IMG/VR virus record: IMGVR_UViG_3300017963_000188
Location: 294,039 to 358,038 of that record
Reading direction: 5' to 3' (one strand)
Length of the DNA stretch: 64,000 nt
Of this stretch, positions 19,912-30,163 are shown piece after piece (the stretch's first letter is position 1; every line of letters begins with the position of its first letter). A program made the translations under genes and the position numbers. The notes below the pieces were generated by a model, which was given only the letters and a program-made list of their open reading frames with translations, had not been told where the DNA came from and searched no databases.

Positions 19912-22292
19912 TGTCAGACCTAATGCTATTTGATCTCGGTGGAGTCGATGTGACGATTCCCGAGTGGATAAAGACTAAGAATTTTCGTTTAGCAGAATCA
20001 ATTGATGATGTTAAAGAGTACGTAGATAAATGTATCACCAATAAACTGTGTGCTCTTGACCTTGAAACACAGGGGTTAGACAACCGAGTCTATGAAAATC
20101 CAGAAACAGGACGTTTAGAGACGGTCCATAAGATAGTGGGCTTCTGTATTTGTGCTGATGAGAACAGTGCTATCTATGTTCCAGTAAGACATAAGAATGG
20201 AAACAATCTTGATGTAGAGTTGGTGGAGAAAGAAATTGCCAGGATGATCAATCATCCTGACACCATCATAATTTTCCACAACGCTAAGTTTGATTGTGAG
20301 TTCTTGGAGTTCATGACTAGTCCATGTCCTATGGATGACCACAACAAGTTTGAAGATACTCTGATTGCTGATTTCATCAAAGATCCTAATTCAAAAAGAC
20401 ATGGCTTGAAGACATTATCAAAGCTCTATCTTGATTTAGTGATGATCGAGCTTAAAGAACTATTTCCACCTAAGACCAAGAATCTAGACTTTTCAGAACT
20501 CAATCCAAGTAATAGGGGTGTGACAGAATATGGCTGTTCTGATGCTTATTGTACCTATATGATTTGGAAAAATGTGCTCTATGAGATTCCTGAAAAGTAT
20601 ACTGCTGTCTATAAGGTAGAGAAAAGAGTAGTGCCAGCACTCAGACGTATGGAACGACCACGAGTGAAAATCAATAGGAAGCTCATCATTGAGTTGCAAC
20701 GAGGGGCTGAGCAAGAAAGGATGCGTCTTGCATCTAAATTTGAAGAGGAAAGTAAGCCATTATTGAAGGAAGGTGAGACAAGGATTGATATACTGTCTCC
20801 CAAGCAGCTTTCAGAGCTATTCTATAGTCGTATCGGTATCCAGGCTCCCCAAGAAGCTGCTACTGCTGGTAAGACTTCTCAAATCTCTACCAGCCAAGAT
20901 ATCCTCGACAAGATTCAGAAACGACATCCTGATAAGTACCCTATCTTGAAGACAGTGACTGATTATAGAACTATTGATGGGGTGATTTCAAAGTACCTGA
21001 GCAATCTGGCAGTGAATATAGATGATAATGACGAGGCTCGTCTTGGATTCAATGGGTGGAATGCTGATACTGCAAGACTATCGAGTTCAGGAGGACCCCC
21101 AGATCATGGGTACACTGGAGTCAATTGGCATTCTCTCCCTAAGCCAAACGATGTAACCAAGCCTATATTTTCCCGTAGAATCAGAGAAGCAGTTGAGGCC
21201 CGAATGGGTTATGCTCTAGTCAAAATTGACTTCAGTGGTGAAGAGCTACGAATCGCTGCCAATGTTTCTAAAGAGCCTAAGTGGATCAAAGAATTCCTTG
21301 AAGGTGAGGGTGACCTCCATAGTCTCATGGCTATCGAGATTTTTGGTTCAAAAGAAGGGAATAATCGGTCCTATGCCAAGAACACAAATTTTGCTCTTCT
21401 CTATGGTGGGGGTGTTTCTGCTGTTCAGAGAAATACCAAACTACCAAGTCATGAGGCAAAGAGGATTGTAGAGAAGTTTTTTTCCAAATTACCTGTGCTC
21501 AGAAAATGGAGAGATGGGCAGAAAGAGAAAGCTCGTAGAGACAAATTGGTTTTTACTGATCTAGGTAGACCATTACCTCTTCCACAAATGGATTCTGATG
21601 ATCCTAAGATTCGAGCCTATGGTGAACGTAAGTCAATCAATAGTCCTATCCAAGGAGCTGGTGCTGACATCATCAAATTTGCCATGGGAGAGATTGACAA
21701 GACGTTTCGTGAAAAAGGGTGGTATCCAGACATTGCTCGAATGCTTATCAATGTTCACGATGAAATTGTATTTGAAATAAAACTTGAACATCTAGAGGAG
21801 GTGGTGCCGGTATGTTGTGAATGTATGGTGAAATATTACAAGGTCAGAAATTGGAAAGTCCCATTAGTTGTGGAGCCACTTATTGGTCTTGATTGGTCTG
21901 CTAAACATGATTGGTTGGAGATGAAAGCTGGTGAGGAGCCAGTACCTGATTGGTTAGCACCATATTTCAAGACTGATAAAGATTTTGTGGGGGATGAACC
22001 TGAAGTAAAAATGTCTGAGAAAAAACCTCAAAAGGTCATCAGTTCTACTGATTTGTTGGTACGTGAAGCTGATGAGATGATGACATATATATTGAAAGCT
22101 CCATTAAATGATGTGACTCTCACGACTCTAAAGAATGTATGTAGATGGTCAAGAGTTCCGTTAGTAGCTCCTGCCAAGACACTGTTAATTGTAACAGACC
22201 CAAAAGACAAGGAAGAAATAATTGGAGGGGACCTGGATATTAGGGTCGATGCGTACAAATTCCGTGTATTAGCGGATTTATTCGGCTTGTAG
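19911..22292 (+). CDS. polA: Family A DNA polymerase with 3'-5' exonuclease domain
   Basis: Exo LDLET, HNAKFD, YGCSD; motif A DFSGEELR, motif B RSYAKNTNFALLYG, motif C VHDEI; no 5'-3' exonuclease. Confidence 0.93.
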   Translation: MSDLMLFDLGGVDVTIPEWIKTKNFRLAESIDDVKEYVDKCITNKLCALDLETQGLDNRVYENPETGRLETVHKIVGFCICADENSAIYVPVRHKNGNNLDVELVEKEIARMINHPDTIIIFHNAKFDCEFLEFMTSPCPMDDHNKFEDTLIADFIKDPNSKRHGLKTLSKLYLDLVMIELKELFPPKTKNLDFSELNPSNRGVTEYGCSDAYCTYMIWKNVLYEIPEKYTAVYKVEKRVVPALRRMERPRVKINRKLIIELQRGAEQERMRLASKFEEESKPLLKEGETRIDILSPKQLSELFYSRIGIQAPQEAATAGKTSQISTSQDILDKIQKRHPDKYPILKTVTDYRTIDGVISKYLSNLAVNIDDNDEARLGFNGWNADTARLSSSGGPPDHGYTGVNWHSLPKPNDVTKPIFSRRIREAVEARMGYALVKIDFSGEELRIAANVSKEPKWIKEFLEGEGDLHSLMAIEIFGSKEGNNRSYAKNTNFALLYGGGVSAVQRNTKLPSHEAKRIVEKFFSKLPVLRKWRDGQKEKARRDKLVFTDLGRPLPLPQMDSDDPKIRAYGERKSINSPIQGAGADIIKFAMGEIDKTFREKGWYPDIARMLINVHDEIVFEIKLEHLEEVVPVCCECMVKYYKVRNWKVPLVVEPLIGLDWSAKHDWLEMKAGEEPVPDWLAPYFKTDKDFVGDEPEVKMSEKKPQKVISSTDLLVREADEMMTYILKAPLNDVTLTTLKNVCRWSRVPLVAPAKTLLIVTDPKDKEEIIGGDLDIRVDAYKFRVLADLFGL

Positions 22293-22303
22293 AAAGGTCT
22301 GGA

Positions 22304-22801
22304 ATGAATAGGAAGTTAAAGGAGAGGGTCCAGCAGTTAGAAGAGATTCTTCTAGGTATTCAAGAAGAATCTACAGATCCCAAAATCAATAATCGGTTGG
22401 ATAAAGCTATTGATTTCATGCAAACAATGGCTGAGGAAGTGAGTAAAACACAAACATTTCTAGAAAACTTGTTGAAAGAACTTAGGGATAATAATATAAT
22501 ATCGGAGACGAAAGCTAGTCATTTAAAGATGATCTCGGATCTAGAGTTTGAGGTTCAGCATTTAAAATCTAGACTGGCTGATGTGATCCGAAGGGAAAAT
22601 GAGCTAGAGCATCATGAAGAAATTCCTGAGGCTTTGAAAGAGAACACAAGAAAGGCAAAAGAGTCATTATGTCAAAGGATCAAAGAACTCGAAGTTCAGT
22701 TGGAGGATATGCGTAGTTATGAACGCTCCCACACTGAAAATAGCGTGTGCAGTGACTCGATCCTTCCCCCCAATGTCAGTCCTGAAGGGGATCAAGCCTG
22801 A
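22304..22801 (+). CDS. Coiled-coil hypothetical protein
   Basis: 165 aa heptad-rich ORF. Confidence 0.55.
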   Translation: MNRKLKERVQQLEEILLGIQEESTDPKINNRLDKAIDFMQTMAEEVSKTQTFLENLLKELRDNNIISETKASHLKMISDLEFEVQHLKSRLADVIRRENELEHHEEIPEALKENTRKAKESLCQRIKELEVQLEDMRSYERSHTENSVCSDSILPPNVSPEGDQA

Positions 22802-22931
22802 TCCTGTAAAAGACCGTACAGAATTTGAATTGAGACAAAAATGGCAACGAATCTGTGGTAAGGTTCGTATGGGGAAAGGTTGTGAAAAGTGCATCAATTT
22901 CCAATTACTATGGGATACGATAAGTGAATGA
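22719..22931 (+). CDS. Small Cys-containing hypothetical protein
   Basis: Fills the gap to 22924 with a short overlap; CEKC motif. Confidence 0.35.
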   Translation: MNAPTLKIACAVTRSFPPMSVLKGIKPDPVKDRTEFELRQKWQRICGKVRMGKGCEKCINFQLLWDTISE

Positions 22932-23472
22932 CTATGTAAAAGAATGTAACCAGTTCGAGTTGTCTCCCAGAGATTTCGAGAGAGTCTGGTGTGTACGTTG
23001 TCAGAACGAGTCATGTCAGAGATCCAAACGGTCTTCTTGGGCTTTGCGTATGGAAACTCAGATGGATGTTCTCTTTAATCCTGAGCGAGCTGATCCAGAT
23101 GATCCTCAATATGAAGGGATAAGAAGACAGGAATTCAAGTGTTTGAATCCTCAAGAAGGTCATCCCACTGTGACTTATCCTATTGTTGATATAAGAAGTG
23201 TCCCAGCTCAATTTGAAGGAGAGGAAAAACCACAGATACATGTCACTGAAGATGAAGAGCATTATATTCTGAGAAACACAAACACTCCTAAGACGATACT
23301 GAAAGTGGGTGAGTCAGAACCAGAGCCAGTGAAGAAGCCTGTATCAGAGCCAGTGAAGAAGCCTGTATCAGAACCAGAACCTAAAAAGGTGATCATGGAG
23401 TCTGAAACTACTGAGCCCAGAATGCAAGAAATGTTTATACAGCCTGGAGCGGTTGTAAAGATGGGAGGTTAA
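22924..23472 (+). CDS. Hypothetical protein with N-terminal Cys cluster and Pro/Glu/Lys-rich tail
   Basis: C..WCVRC...C; PVKKPVSE repeat. Confidence 0.6.
   Translation: MNDYVKECNQFELSPRDFERVWCVRCQNESCQRSKRSSWALRMETQMDVLFNPERADPDDPQYEGIRRQEFKCLNPQEGHPTVTYPIVDIRSVPAQFEGEEKPQIHVTEDEEHYILRNTNTPKTILKVGESEPEPVKKPVSEPVKKPVSEPEPKKVIMESETTEPRMQEMFIQPGAVVKMGG
23321..23368 (+). repeat. Perfect 24-bp tandem duplication (in frame, EPVKKPVS x2)
   Basis: CAGAGCCAGTGAAGAAGCCTGTAT twice. Confidence 0.9.
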
Positions 23473-23474
23473 TA

Positions 23475-23669
23475 ATGCCTACGTATGAGTACGAATGTCT
23501 GAAGTGTAAAGAGAAGTTTGAAGCTACACAAAGTATCCATGATGAACCTTTGAAAGAGCATGATTGTGGGGGGGAAGTCCGTAGATTGATTTCTCTCACC
23601 TCTTTTCATCTCAAAGGTACTGGGTGGTACAAAACCGATTATGGTGATAGCTGTAATCTAGAATCATAA
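23475..23669 (+). CDS. FmdB-family zinc ribbon protein
   Basis: [11 protein letters not shown]...C.G...RLIS...[12 protein letters not shown]. Confidence 0.85.
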   Translation: MPTYEYECLKCKEKFEATQSIHDEPLKEHDCGGEVRRLISLTSFHLKGTGWYKTDYGDSCNLES

Positions 23670-23739
23670 GCTTAATATATATTTACAAGTCAGTACCCAA
23701 TAGTATAGAATATAGAAAATTTTTTGTCTGGAGGGTACT

Positions 23740-23952
23740 ATGAAGTCTTTGACATTACAAGTTCTTGATCCTGATGGAGAGCATAAAGATTGCTCTTGTT
23801 CATTCTGCCAAAACAAAGAAGCCTTTAAAGTAGGGTTCCTTGAGATGCCTGCAAAGTCGTTTCATCTCTGTGACGGGTGTTGGGAATTTCTCGAAGAAAT
23901 GGCAGACCAGTTCAGGGAAGTAAAAACCCTCTCGGATTCGGTTCTGGTATAA
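23740..23952 (+). CDS. Small Zn-binding hypothetical protein
   Basis: CSFC...LCDGC; GGAGG RBS. Confidence 0.55.
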   Translation: MKSLTLQVLDPDGEHKDCSCSFCQNKEAFKVGFLEMPAKSFHLCDGCWEFLEEMADQFREVKTLSDSVLV

Positions 23953-24042
23953 TTCAATTATTGATTATTTCTATATATGAACACAGATTATATGTATAGA
24001 AATATACGATTTATTAGGTGTGAACTTCTAGAAGATATGAAC

Positions 24043-24240
24043 TTAGGGTAAAACTTTGACAGTCACCCTCACGTTCTTTTCTCCTATTTCTTCAGGTACA
24101 TCCAAAGCCTTACACACCTCTTTTAAGGTGCTCTTGTCAGCCCAGGGATGGATGAAATCTCTGGTGTAGATCCCTTCTTCTTGATCTTGAGTTGATTCTG
24201 AAACCACATTTATTGGTTTTGCATCTCCTGTCTTTTTCAT
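24043..24240 (-). CDS. Small hypothetical protein (MKKTGDAK...)
   Basis: AGGAG RBS on the minus strand before ATG at 24240. Confidence 0.5.
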   Translation of the reverse strand: MKKTGDAKPINVVSESTQDQEEGIYTRDFIHPWADKSTLKEVCKALDVPEEIGEKNVRVTVKVLP

Positions 24241-24304
24241 CGTAGTGTCTCCTAGATGTTTTATATCTATAGTACAGTAGAGATAAATTATTGAGGAGTT
24301 GGTA

Positions 24305-24679
24305 ATGGACAGAATATTGTTAGATTTTGATGGGGTCTTCAATCTTTATGAAGGGTGGGTACCAGGAGAAATACCTCCTCCCAGACCTGGTATCAAAGAA
24401 TTTTTGGAAGCTCTGAAAGACCAAGGTTACTCTTTGGTGGTTTTTACGGCTCGAACCCCTCTTGAGGATGTAGAGAATTGGTTGTTAAAAAACGATCTTA
24501 TGCTGTATATTGAAGATGTGACGAATATCAAGATACCAGCAAAGCTGTATATTGATGATAATGCCATTACCTTTAAGGGGGATTATGATACGGTACTGGA
24601 GCAGGTCAGTAATTTCAAACCATATTGGGAAGTGTCCAGTGGTTTGAGAGGGATAGCGAAACGGATATGGGCAAAGTAA
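24305..24679 (+). CDS. HAD-superfamily phosphatase (polynucleotide 3'-phosphatase/nucleotidase-like)
   Basis: LLDFDGV motif I, FTAR motif II, K.PAKLYIDD motifs III/IV. Confidence 0.8.
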   Translation: MDRILLDFDGVFNLYEGWVPGEIPPPRPGIKEFLEALKDQGYSLVVFTARTPLEDVENWLLKNDLMLYIEDVTNIKIPAKLYIDDNAITFKGDYDTVLEQVSNFKPYWEVSSGLRGIAKRIWAK

Positions 24680-25119
24680 AGACCAAGAAAATCTGGAATC
24701 CAAAATATAAAGAGGCAAGGGACCTTTTGGACCCCTATATTGACCTTGATAGAATGAAGTGGGACAAGTCTCTCAATAGTGGGACTCATTTTGTCCGTGA
24801 CATGGCTGCTGGAGGGTATCCGTTGGTTTTGAAGAAGGGTCGTACTTCGTATTTCTACAGTTTTGATTCGATGTTTGAACATCTGGTAGGTAAAGCAGGA
24901 GAACCAGCCTTAGAAAGAATCTTACCTCAAATTGGAAGAACTTGGGCTGATGTTTATAAGATAGTGGATGAGAATAGGATATCTGGGCTGATTTGCACAC
25001 ATAACCCTTCTCAGGATGAAATTGAAAAGGTTGTGGAAATTATGAAATCAGGTGCAGATCAGAAACCAAGTGAGATTTTATCGGGGATTAGGGATCAGGA
25101 AAAGGGACTATCTTCATAA
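24667..25119 (+). CDS. Hypothetical protein
   Basis: ORF overlapping the upstream stop. Confidence 0.5.
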   Translation: MGKVKTKKIWNPKYKEARDLLDPYIDLDRMKWDKSLNSGTHFVRDMAAGGYPLVLKKGRTSYFYSFDSMFEHLVGKAGEPALERILPQIGRTWADVYKIVDENRISGLICTHNPSQDEIEKVVEIMKSGADQKPSEILSGIRDQEKGLSS

Positions 25120-25931
25120 TCCTCATCTAGGTACTCTTCACTTTCGTTTTCTTCTTCCCAGTATTCGGTTTGCCTAGCATATGCATAAGGATCTACTGAG
25201 ACATTAAAAGCACTTTGCATACCTGATAAGATACCTAAGGGATCATCTTTGAATTCTTCTATAGCATCTTCTGTGGTGTAATCCATAGATCGATAACCAC
25301 TACCAGACATATATTCATGTATATCTTGTGGATTCATCATGATCTTAGTCTTAGAATCACCAATCTTGAAGTCTCCAACTAGTTGTTCTAGAGTCACATC
25401 GAGAAGGTCTCTACCATCAATTGATGCTATCCCTTCATCATGCTCAAAGAACAATCCATTCCTGTAGAAATATCGTATGTCACCGATCAAGTAGTCGAGA
25501 AGGTCTTGAGTTTTAACCATGACCGTCACTTCTTTTTCAGCCGCTACCCTAGCATTTTTAACGGCTCGTTTTACAGAGCTAGTTACCCCAGCTTCTTCTT
25601 CCATAGCTTTGAGTCTGGTATAATAATCAGGCACTTCTTCGAGGTGATCTTTGGCTATGGATTTTGCTATAGATCTATTGTCAGTATGTTCCAGTTCAAC
25701 TTCGATACCCATAGCTAACTCATTAGCATCAAATTCCTCATCAGTCATATGATCATGCTTACCAACATCATTGATGTAAGATGAGAGTAAGTTGTAGATT
25801 TCATTCTCTAGAATGTGGGGGTCTAATCCCAATTGAGTGGCAAGACCATGCACCATATCATCATTAGGGCTAGGGGTTTCAGTGAAAAATGTGATGATGC
25901 TATCTTCAACATCTGTCATTTGATTTGGCAT
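25095..25931 (-). CDS. DUF5661-like domain protein (acidic)
   Basis: ELAMGIEVELEHT...AK.IAKDHLEE.PDYYTRL..ME motif; AAGGAG RBS. Confidence 0.7.
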   Translation of the reverse strand: MPNQMTDVEDSIITFFTETPSPNDDMVHGLATQLGLDPHILENEIYNLLSSYINDVGKHDHMTDEEFDANELAMGIEVELEHTDNRSIAKSIAKDHLEEVPDYYTRLKAMEEEAGVTSSVKRAVKNARVAAEKEVTVMVKTQDLLDYLIGDIRYFYRNGLFFEHDEGIASIDGRDLLDVTLEQLVGDFKIGDSKTKIMMNPQDIHEYMSGSGYRSMDYTTEDAIEEFKDDPLGILSGMQSAFNVSVDPYAYARQTEYWEEENESEEYLDEDYEDSPFS

Positions 25932-26005
25932 TTTTGAACTCCTTTCATACTAACATGCTAAGATATAAAAAGGATATCGTCACCTCAACTTTTTTATTTT
26001 TTTAA

Positions 26006-26034
26006 TTTAAAAAACTGGATCTCTTCAGTATATA
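26006..26034 (+). promoter_or_regulatory. Phage promoter, sigma70-like (TTTAAA-N17-TATATA)
   Basis: One of seven copies with an exact 17-nt spacer, upstream of an RBS/ATG. Confidence 0.7.
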
Positions 26035-26071
26035 GAGATGGAACGAGAAACTAACACCAGGAGGTGACAAC

Positions 26072-26962
26072 ATGACCCCGAGAGAAGCAAACGAAGTTAT
26101 CAGAGCAGCCCAGGCCCAGCAGCAAGGTGGCAAGCACCTCGGAGATATAGTCTTCCCGAGGTTTCGTAACGCAACTACGAAGCATGCTGATCTGGTCAAC
26201 ATGGCCAATGCCAATCAGTTCCCAGAGAAGCTCCTGCCTGACGGTATGAACCCGGACCAGGCATGGCAGTATGCTTGCCGTCGTGCCACAGGGATGGAAG
26301 ATCATCTCCTGCGGCAAATCTCCAAAACCAAGGGAGAGATTACCTGGGGGCTCGTCAGGGAAGAGAAGGATGAGCACAACAACATCCTCCACTACAACCA
26401 GGTATCCAGGCTGACCCTCAACAGGGATACTGGTAACCCCACCTACTCCGATCCCTACAATCCCCATGTCCGTAAGGTGGATGCAAAGTTCAACGAGCTT
26501 GTGGGCTCGGTGACAACGGATGATGTTCGTAAGATGGTCGTGGATGTCTGCAAAGACAAGTCGGGAGTTCCTGTGGGGACTGCCTGGTTCGTGCCTGCTG
26601 CCCATGCTGACCTGATGCGGTCCATGAGGGCAGTGGTGGAACAGCTTGGTGAGTCTGAGATGTGGCTTCTGCCCATCTACGACTCCGAAGAAGCCCGTGA
26701 CAGCATTGGTAAGGCCACTCGTGCCGATCTGCAAGAGCAGATCAACGAGATCAAGGCTGAGATCGAGGAGTTCAGTGCTGAGCAGACTCGTCCCTCGACC
26801 CTCAAGCGTCGGCTGGCTCGGTTCGAGGAACTGAGGAAGGTGGCAAAACTCTATGCTGGCATGGTCCAGATGGTCCACACCGACCTCGAAGAGCAGATCG
26901 GTAAGATGGAGAAGACCGTGGCTGATATGCTCGGTCTGAAGCAGGGCTCTGATTCTGAGTAA
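26072..26962 (+). CDS. DUF6744-like protein associated with the AAA/vWA pair
   Basis: 296 aa, AWFVPA motif, C-terminal coiled coil; GGAGGTG RBS; context next to MoxR + vWA. Confidence 0.6.
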   Translation: MTPREANEVIRAAQAQQQGGKHLGDIVFPRFRNATTKHADLVNMANANQFPEKLLPDGMNPDQAWQYACRRATGMEDHLLRQISKTKGEITWGLVREEKDEHNNILHYNQVSRLTLNRDTGNPTYSDPYNPHVRKVDAKFNELVGSVTTDDVRKMVVDVCKDKSGVPVGTAWFVPAAHADLMRSMRAVVEQLGESEMWLLPIYDSEEARDSIGKATRADLQEQINEIKAEIEEFSAEQTRPSTLKRRLARFEELRKVAKLYAGMVQMVHTDLEEQIGKMEKTVADMLGLKQGSDSE

Positions 26963-27025
26963 TTTCCCGGTAAATACCTCCCCTCATTTTCTTCAGAAAA
27001 AATCTCAAAAAAGTTACTTTTCTAA

Positions 27026-27054
27026 TTTAAAAATCCAGAAAGTCTCAGTATAGA
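27026..27054 (+). promoter_or_regulatory. Phage promoter (TTTAAA-N17-TATAGA)
   Basis: Repeated motif, followed by AGGAGGTG RBS. Confidence 0.7.
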
Positions 27055-27072
27055 ATAGTAGGAGGTGACACA

Positions 27073-28221
27073 ATGACCACAAAGACCAACAGCAAGATTC
27101 AGCAGCTTCGTGACAGTCTCAAGAAGTCCTTTTACGAGCGGGATGAGGAGATTGATGGCTCCTTGACTGCTCTTCTGGCTGGTGAGCACACCCTGCTCTT
27201 CGGCCCTCCAGGGACTGGTAAATCAGCCCTGGCAAACACGCTCTGTCAGAGCATTGACGGTAGCAGCTTCTTCCAGTGGCTGCTCACCAAGTTCAGCACC
27301 CCGGAAGAGGTCTTCGGACCTGTCTCTCTGAAAGGTCTGGAGAATGACCAGTTCAGTCGTGTGACCACTGGTAAGCTCCCTGAGTGCAACATTGCTTTCC
27401 TGGACGAAATCTTCAAGGCCAATTCGTCCATCCTGAACAGTCTCCTGACCCTGGTCAATGAGAGAAAGTTCCATAACAACGGTACTCCCATGGACTGTCC
27501 TCTCCTGACCGTGTTCGGTGCCAGCAACGAGATGCCTGAGAGTGACAACCTCGAAGCCCTGTTCGACCGCTTCCTGGTTCGTTACTGGGTCAGCTACGTC
27601 AAGGACCAGGGCTCTCTGAAGTCCCTCCTGACCGATAGTTCTGACCCTGCTCCTACTGTTACCATCACTCTCGATGATGTGAAAGAGGCTCAGAAGGAAG
27701 CTGCTAACGTGACCTTCCCAGATGCTGAGATCGACAACCTGCTGGGTATCAAGCACACCTTGGAGCAGAAGGGTATCAAGGTGTCGGATCGTAGGTGGAA
27801 GCGGATCGTGAAGGCTCTCAAGGCTTTTGCTTACCTGGAGGGTGATTCCGAGGTGTCTCAGGACCACTTTGAGATGCTCATCCACATGTTGTGGAGGGAG
27901 CCTAAAGAGATCAACGTGGTGGCTGATGAGATCAGGAACATCACCAACCCCTGGCTGGCCAAGGCTGTTGAGTTGTTTGACTCTGCCAAGGAGATCTGTG
28001 AGAATCTGCCTTCCCCCACTGGGGACAAGATTGGTTTCATCACTGCTGCTGCTGATGCCAATGCCCAGTTGGAGAAGATTGAAGATAAGGTAAAGGAGCT
28101 GGCAGGAAAGAAGCAGAGTGCTTCCAAGAAGGCTCGGATTCAGAAGATTCTCGACCAGGTGTCCGACCTCTACAAGGAGAACATGAGGAAGACTGCCATT
28201 GCTTCCGGTATCAAGCTGTAA
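27073..28221 (+). CDS. MoxR-family AAA+ ATPase (RavA-like)
   Basis: GPPGTGKS, STPEEVFGP, FLDEIFKANSSILNSLL, GASNE.P, ALFDRF, SDRRW. Confidence 0.9.
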   Translation: MTTKTNSKIQQLRDSLKKSFYERDEEIDGSLTALLAGEHTLLFGPPGTGKSALANTLCQSIDGSSFFQWLLTKFSTPEEVFGPVSLKGLENDQFSRVTTGKLPECNIAFLDEIFKANSSILNSLLTLVNERKFHNNGTPMDCPLLTVFGASNEMPESDNLEALFDRFLVRYWVSYVKDQGSLKSLLTDSSDPAPTVTITLDDVKEAQKEAANVTFPDAEIDNLLGIKHTLEQKGIKVSDRRWKRIVKALKAFAYLEGDSEVSQDHFEMLIHMLWREPKEINVVADEIRNITNPWLAKAVELFDSAKEICENLPSPTGDKIGFITAAADANAQLEKIEDKVKELAGKKQSASKKARIQKILDQVSDLYKENMRKTAIASGIKL

Positions 28222-28270
28222 TCCTCTCCCTCCTAATTTCCCGAAAAATTCAAATTCCTAGAAAAAATAA

Positions 28271-28299
28271 TTTAAAAAGCCAAAAAGATTCAGTATAGA
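28271..28299 (+). promoter_or_regulatory. Phage promoter (TTTAAA-N17-TATAGA)
   Basis: Repeated motif, followed by AGGAGG. Confidence 0.7.
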
Positions 28300-28316
28300 A
28301 TAATAGGAGGAATGAC

Positions 28317-29732
28317 ATGAGCAATGACCCTACCGACCTCGTTTTCAAAGGCAGTAAATGGCATAACTATCTGTTCAAAAACCAGGACATGGATGTGAAT
28401 GAGGGAGTCCGGGGTGGGTTCAATGAATGGCCTGATTTCGTGAGAGAGACTTTTAGTCGTTGTTATTCCGACCGTACCGAGAAGCTTGATGAGGTGTCTC
28501 CTGAGCATCAATGGGCTGAGAAGGCACATGCTTGTGCAGATGAGATCCCTGAGTTCAAGAACCTTCAGAAACGGTGTCGGGGAGATGAACTGTGGTCTTC
28601 GATTGCTGCCTCTGGGGTGTCCTCCCAAGTCCTCAAAGCTCTTCCTAAGCCTGACAATACCCTAAAGCAGCTTCCCAAGATGCAGCAGAGGGTTCAGGGT
28701 CTTGAGAACTTCCAAAAAGCCAATATTCCAGTCGAAGGTGAACTTGAAAAGGCCCGTGAGCAGCTCCAGGCTCTTCAGGAATCCATGGAAGAGTACATGG
28801 GCAGCATAGACCCCTCAAAGGTTCGTCAAGCCATCAGGAAGGGCATTGAGAAGGCCAGTGAGGAAATCGAGGAATATGTGCAGGTCTGTGACAGCTTCGG
28901 TTGGGGTTCTGAGGAAGGTACTGATGGGAAGGGTGGGAGTGTTCAGGAGAAGCGTGAGCTGTATCAGAGGGTTCGTAACAGTCACAAGCTCCGTCAACTC
29001 GCTGAGCTGGCTGGTCGGATGAGGTTCACAGCAGCCCAGAAGCAGCGTTCCAAGACAGACTATGCCAGGGATGAGGTCAGTGATATCGTGGTTGGTGATG
29101 ACCTCTCCAGGTTTCTTCCCTCTGAGATGGTGAAATTGGGCAATCCAATGCTCAAGAAGCTCTTTTACAAGGGTTTGATCGAGAAGTCCCTGCTCTGCTA
29201 CGAGCTGAAAGGTAATGAGCCACAGAACAAGGGTCCAATCATTGTGGCTATTGACAACAGCAGCTCAATGAGTGGAGAACGTGAAGTATGGAGCAAGGCA
29301 GTGGCTCTGGGGCTGTTGGAGATTGCTGTGAAGCAGAATCGTAGCTTTGTGCTGCATCATTTTAACACCAAGGTCCAGAAGAGCTTCCGATGGGAGAAGG
29401 GTTCCAGCAAGCCTGATATCAACACTCTGATGGATGTTATGGATTTTTTCAGTGGTGGTGGTACTCGGTTCCAGCCCGTGTTGGAGCAAGCTCTGACCGA
29501 TCTCGAAGAGTCTGAATTCAATAAGGCCGATGTGGTTCTCATCACTGATGGTGAGGCTGACACTGATTTTGCAGAAGAGTACAAGTGTAGGACTGCGGAG
29601 AAGGAAGCCAACACTTACGGTATCTTGATTGGCTACGGTGAGGCTGCTCTGAAGTCGTACTGTGATGAGACTGTGGCAATCCAGAACATAAGCAGCCCTA
29701 ATGAAGCTACTGACCTGGTGTTCAGCATATAG
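28317..29732 (+). CDS. vWA domain protein (ViaA-like)
   Basis: GDDLSRFLPSE, KGPIIVAIDNSSSM MIDAS, GGGT.F, DVVLITDG. Confidence 0.88.
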   Translation: MSNDPTDLVFKGSKWHNYLFKNQDMDVNEGVRGGFNEWPDFVRETFSRCYSDRTEKLDEVSPEHQWAEKAHACADEIPEFKNLQKRCRGDELWSSIAASGVSSQVLKALPKPDNTLKQLPKMQQRVQGLENFQKANIPVEGELEKAREQLQALQESMEEYMGSIDPSKVRQAIRKGIEKASEEIEEYVQVCDSFGWGSEEGTDGKGGSVQEKRELYQRVRNSHKLRQLAELAGRMRFTAAQKQRSKTDYARDEVSDIVVGDDLSRFLPSEMVKLGNPMLKKLFYKGLIEKSLLCYELKGNEPQNKGPIIVAIDNSSSMSGEREVWSKAVALGLLEIAVKQNRSFVLHHFNTKVQKSFRWEKGSSKPDINTLMDVMDFFSGGGTRFQPVLEQALTDLEESEFNKADVVLITDGEADTDFAEEYKCRTAEKEANTYGILIGYGEAALKSYCDETVAIQNISSPNEATDLVFSI

Positions 29733-29742
29733 GAGATAGTAA

Positions 29743-29958
29743 ATGGAATGGTCAGATATATGTTTGATAGAAGAATCTGTAATTGCAACAATTGAGACTC
29801 TCGGTTTTCAACGGATTGACCCTCTTTCCCATTTTTGGGGGAAAGATGAGGAGTGGGTTCATTTATCGGTCAGACCTGATGATGGGTTCACTATGAAGGT
29901 GAATGGTGAAGAGAAATTCCATATTGGAATAAGAGGTTGTCATGGAAAGAATTTCTGA
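29743..29958 (+). CDS. Hypothetical protein
   Basis: AGGAG RBS, operon packing. Confidence 0.5.
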   Translation: MEWSDICLIEESVIATIETLGFQRIDPLSHFWGKDEEWVHLSVRPDDGFTMKVNGEEKFHIGIRGCHGKNF

Positions 29959-30163
29959 CGTTGAAAAGTTATGGGGTACCAAAATTGGTGGGCTGGTGGG
30001 GAAATCTGTTGGGGTGGGAAACACAAAAGTTGAGTTTCTGGGTATCCTTAAAGATGAACGAGGGGACCTGAATGCTGTTGTTAGAGTCAATGAAATAATG
30101 GTGGAAATGCTACATCCATCAAGAATTTCTGTGGAAGGAAGTTATGATTCCAGCAAAGTATGA
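29942..30163 (+). CDS. Hypothetical protein
   Basis: Overlapping small-gene operon. Confidence 0.5.
   Translation: MERISDVEKLWGTKIGGLVGKSVGVGNTKVEFLGILKDERGDLNAVVRVNEIMVEMLHPSRISVEGSYDSSKV

Noticed and set aside
19911-22292. Intein or group I intron in the polymerase, helicases, ligase or RtcB
   Set aside because: Motif spacing is continuous, with no intein termini or LAGLIDADG blocks and no frame breaks
26051-27885. Long antisense ORFs (26051-26878, 27223-27885; also 43210-44061 and 44854-45507)
   Set aside because: Shadow frames of GC-richer genes with biased codon usage; no RBS or recognisable motifs
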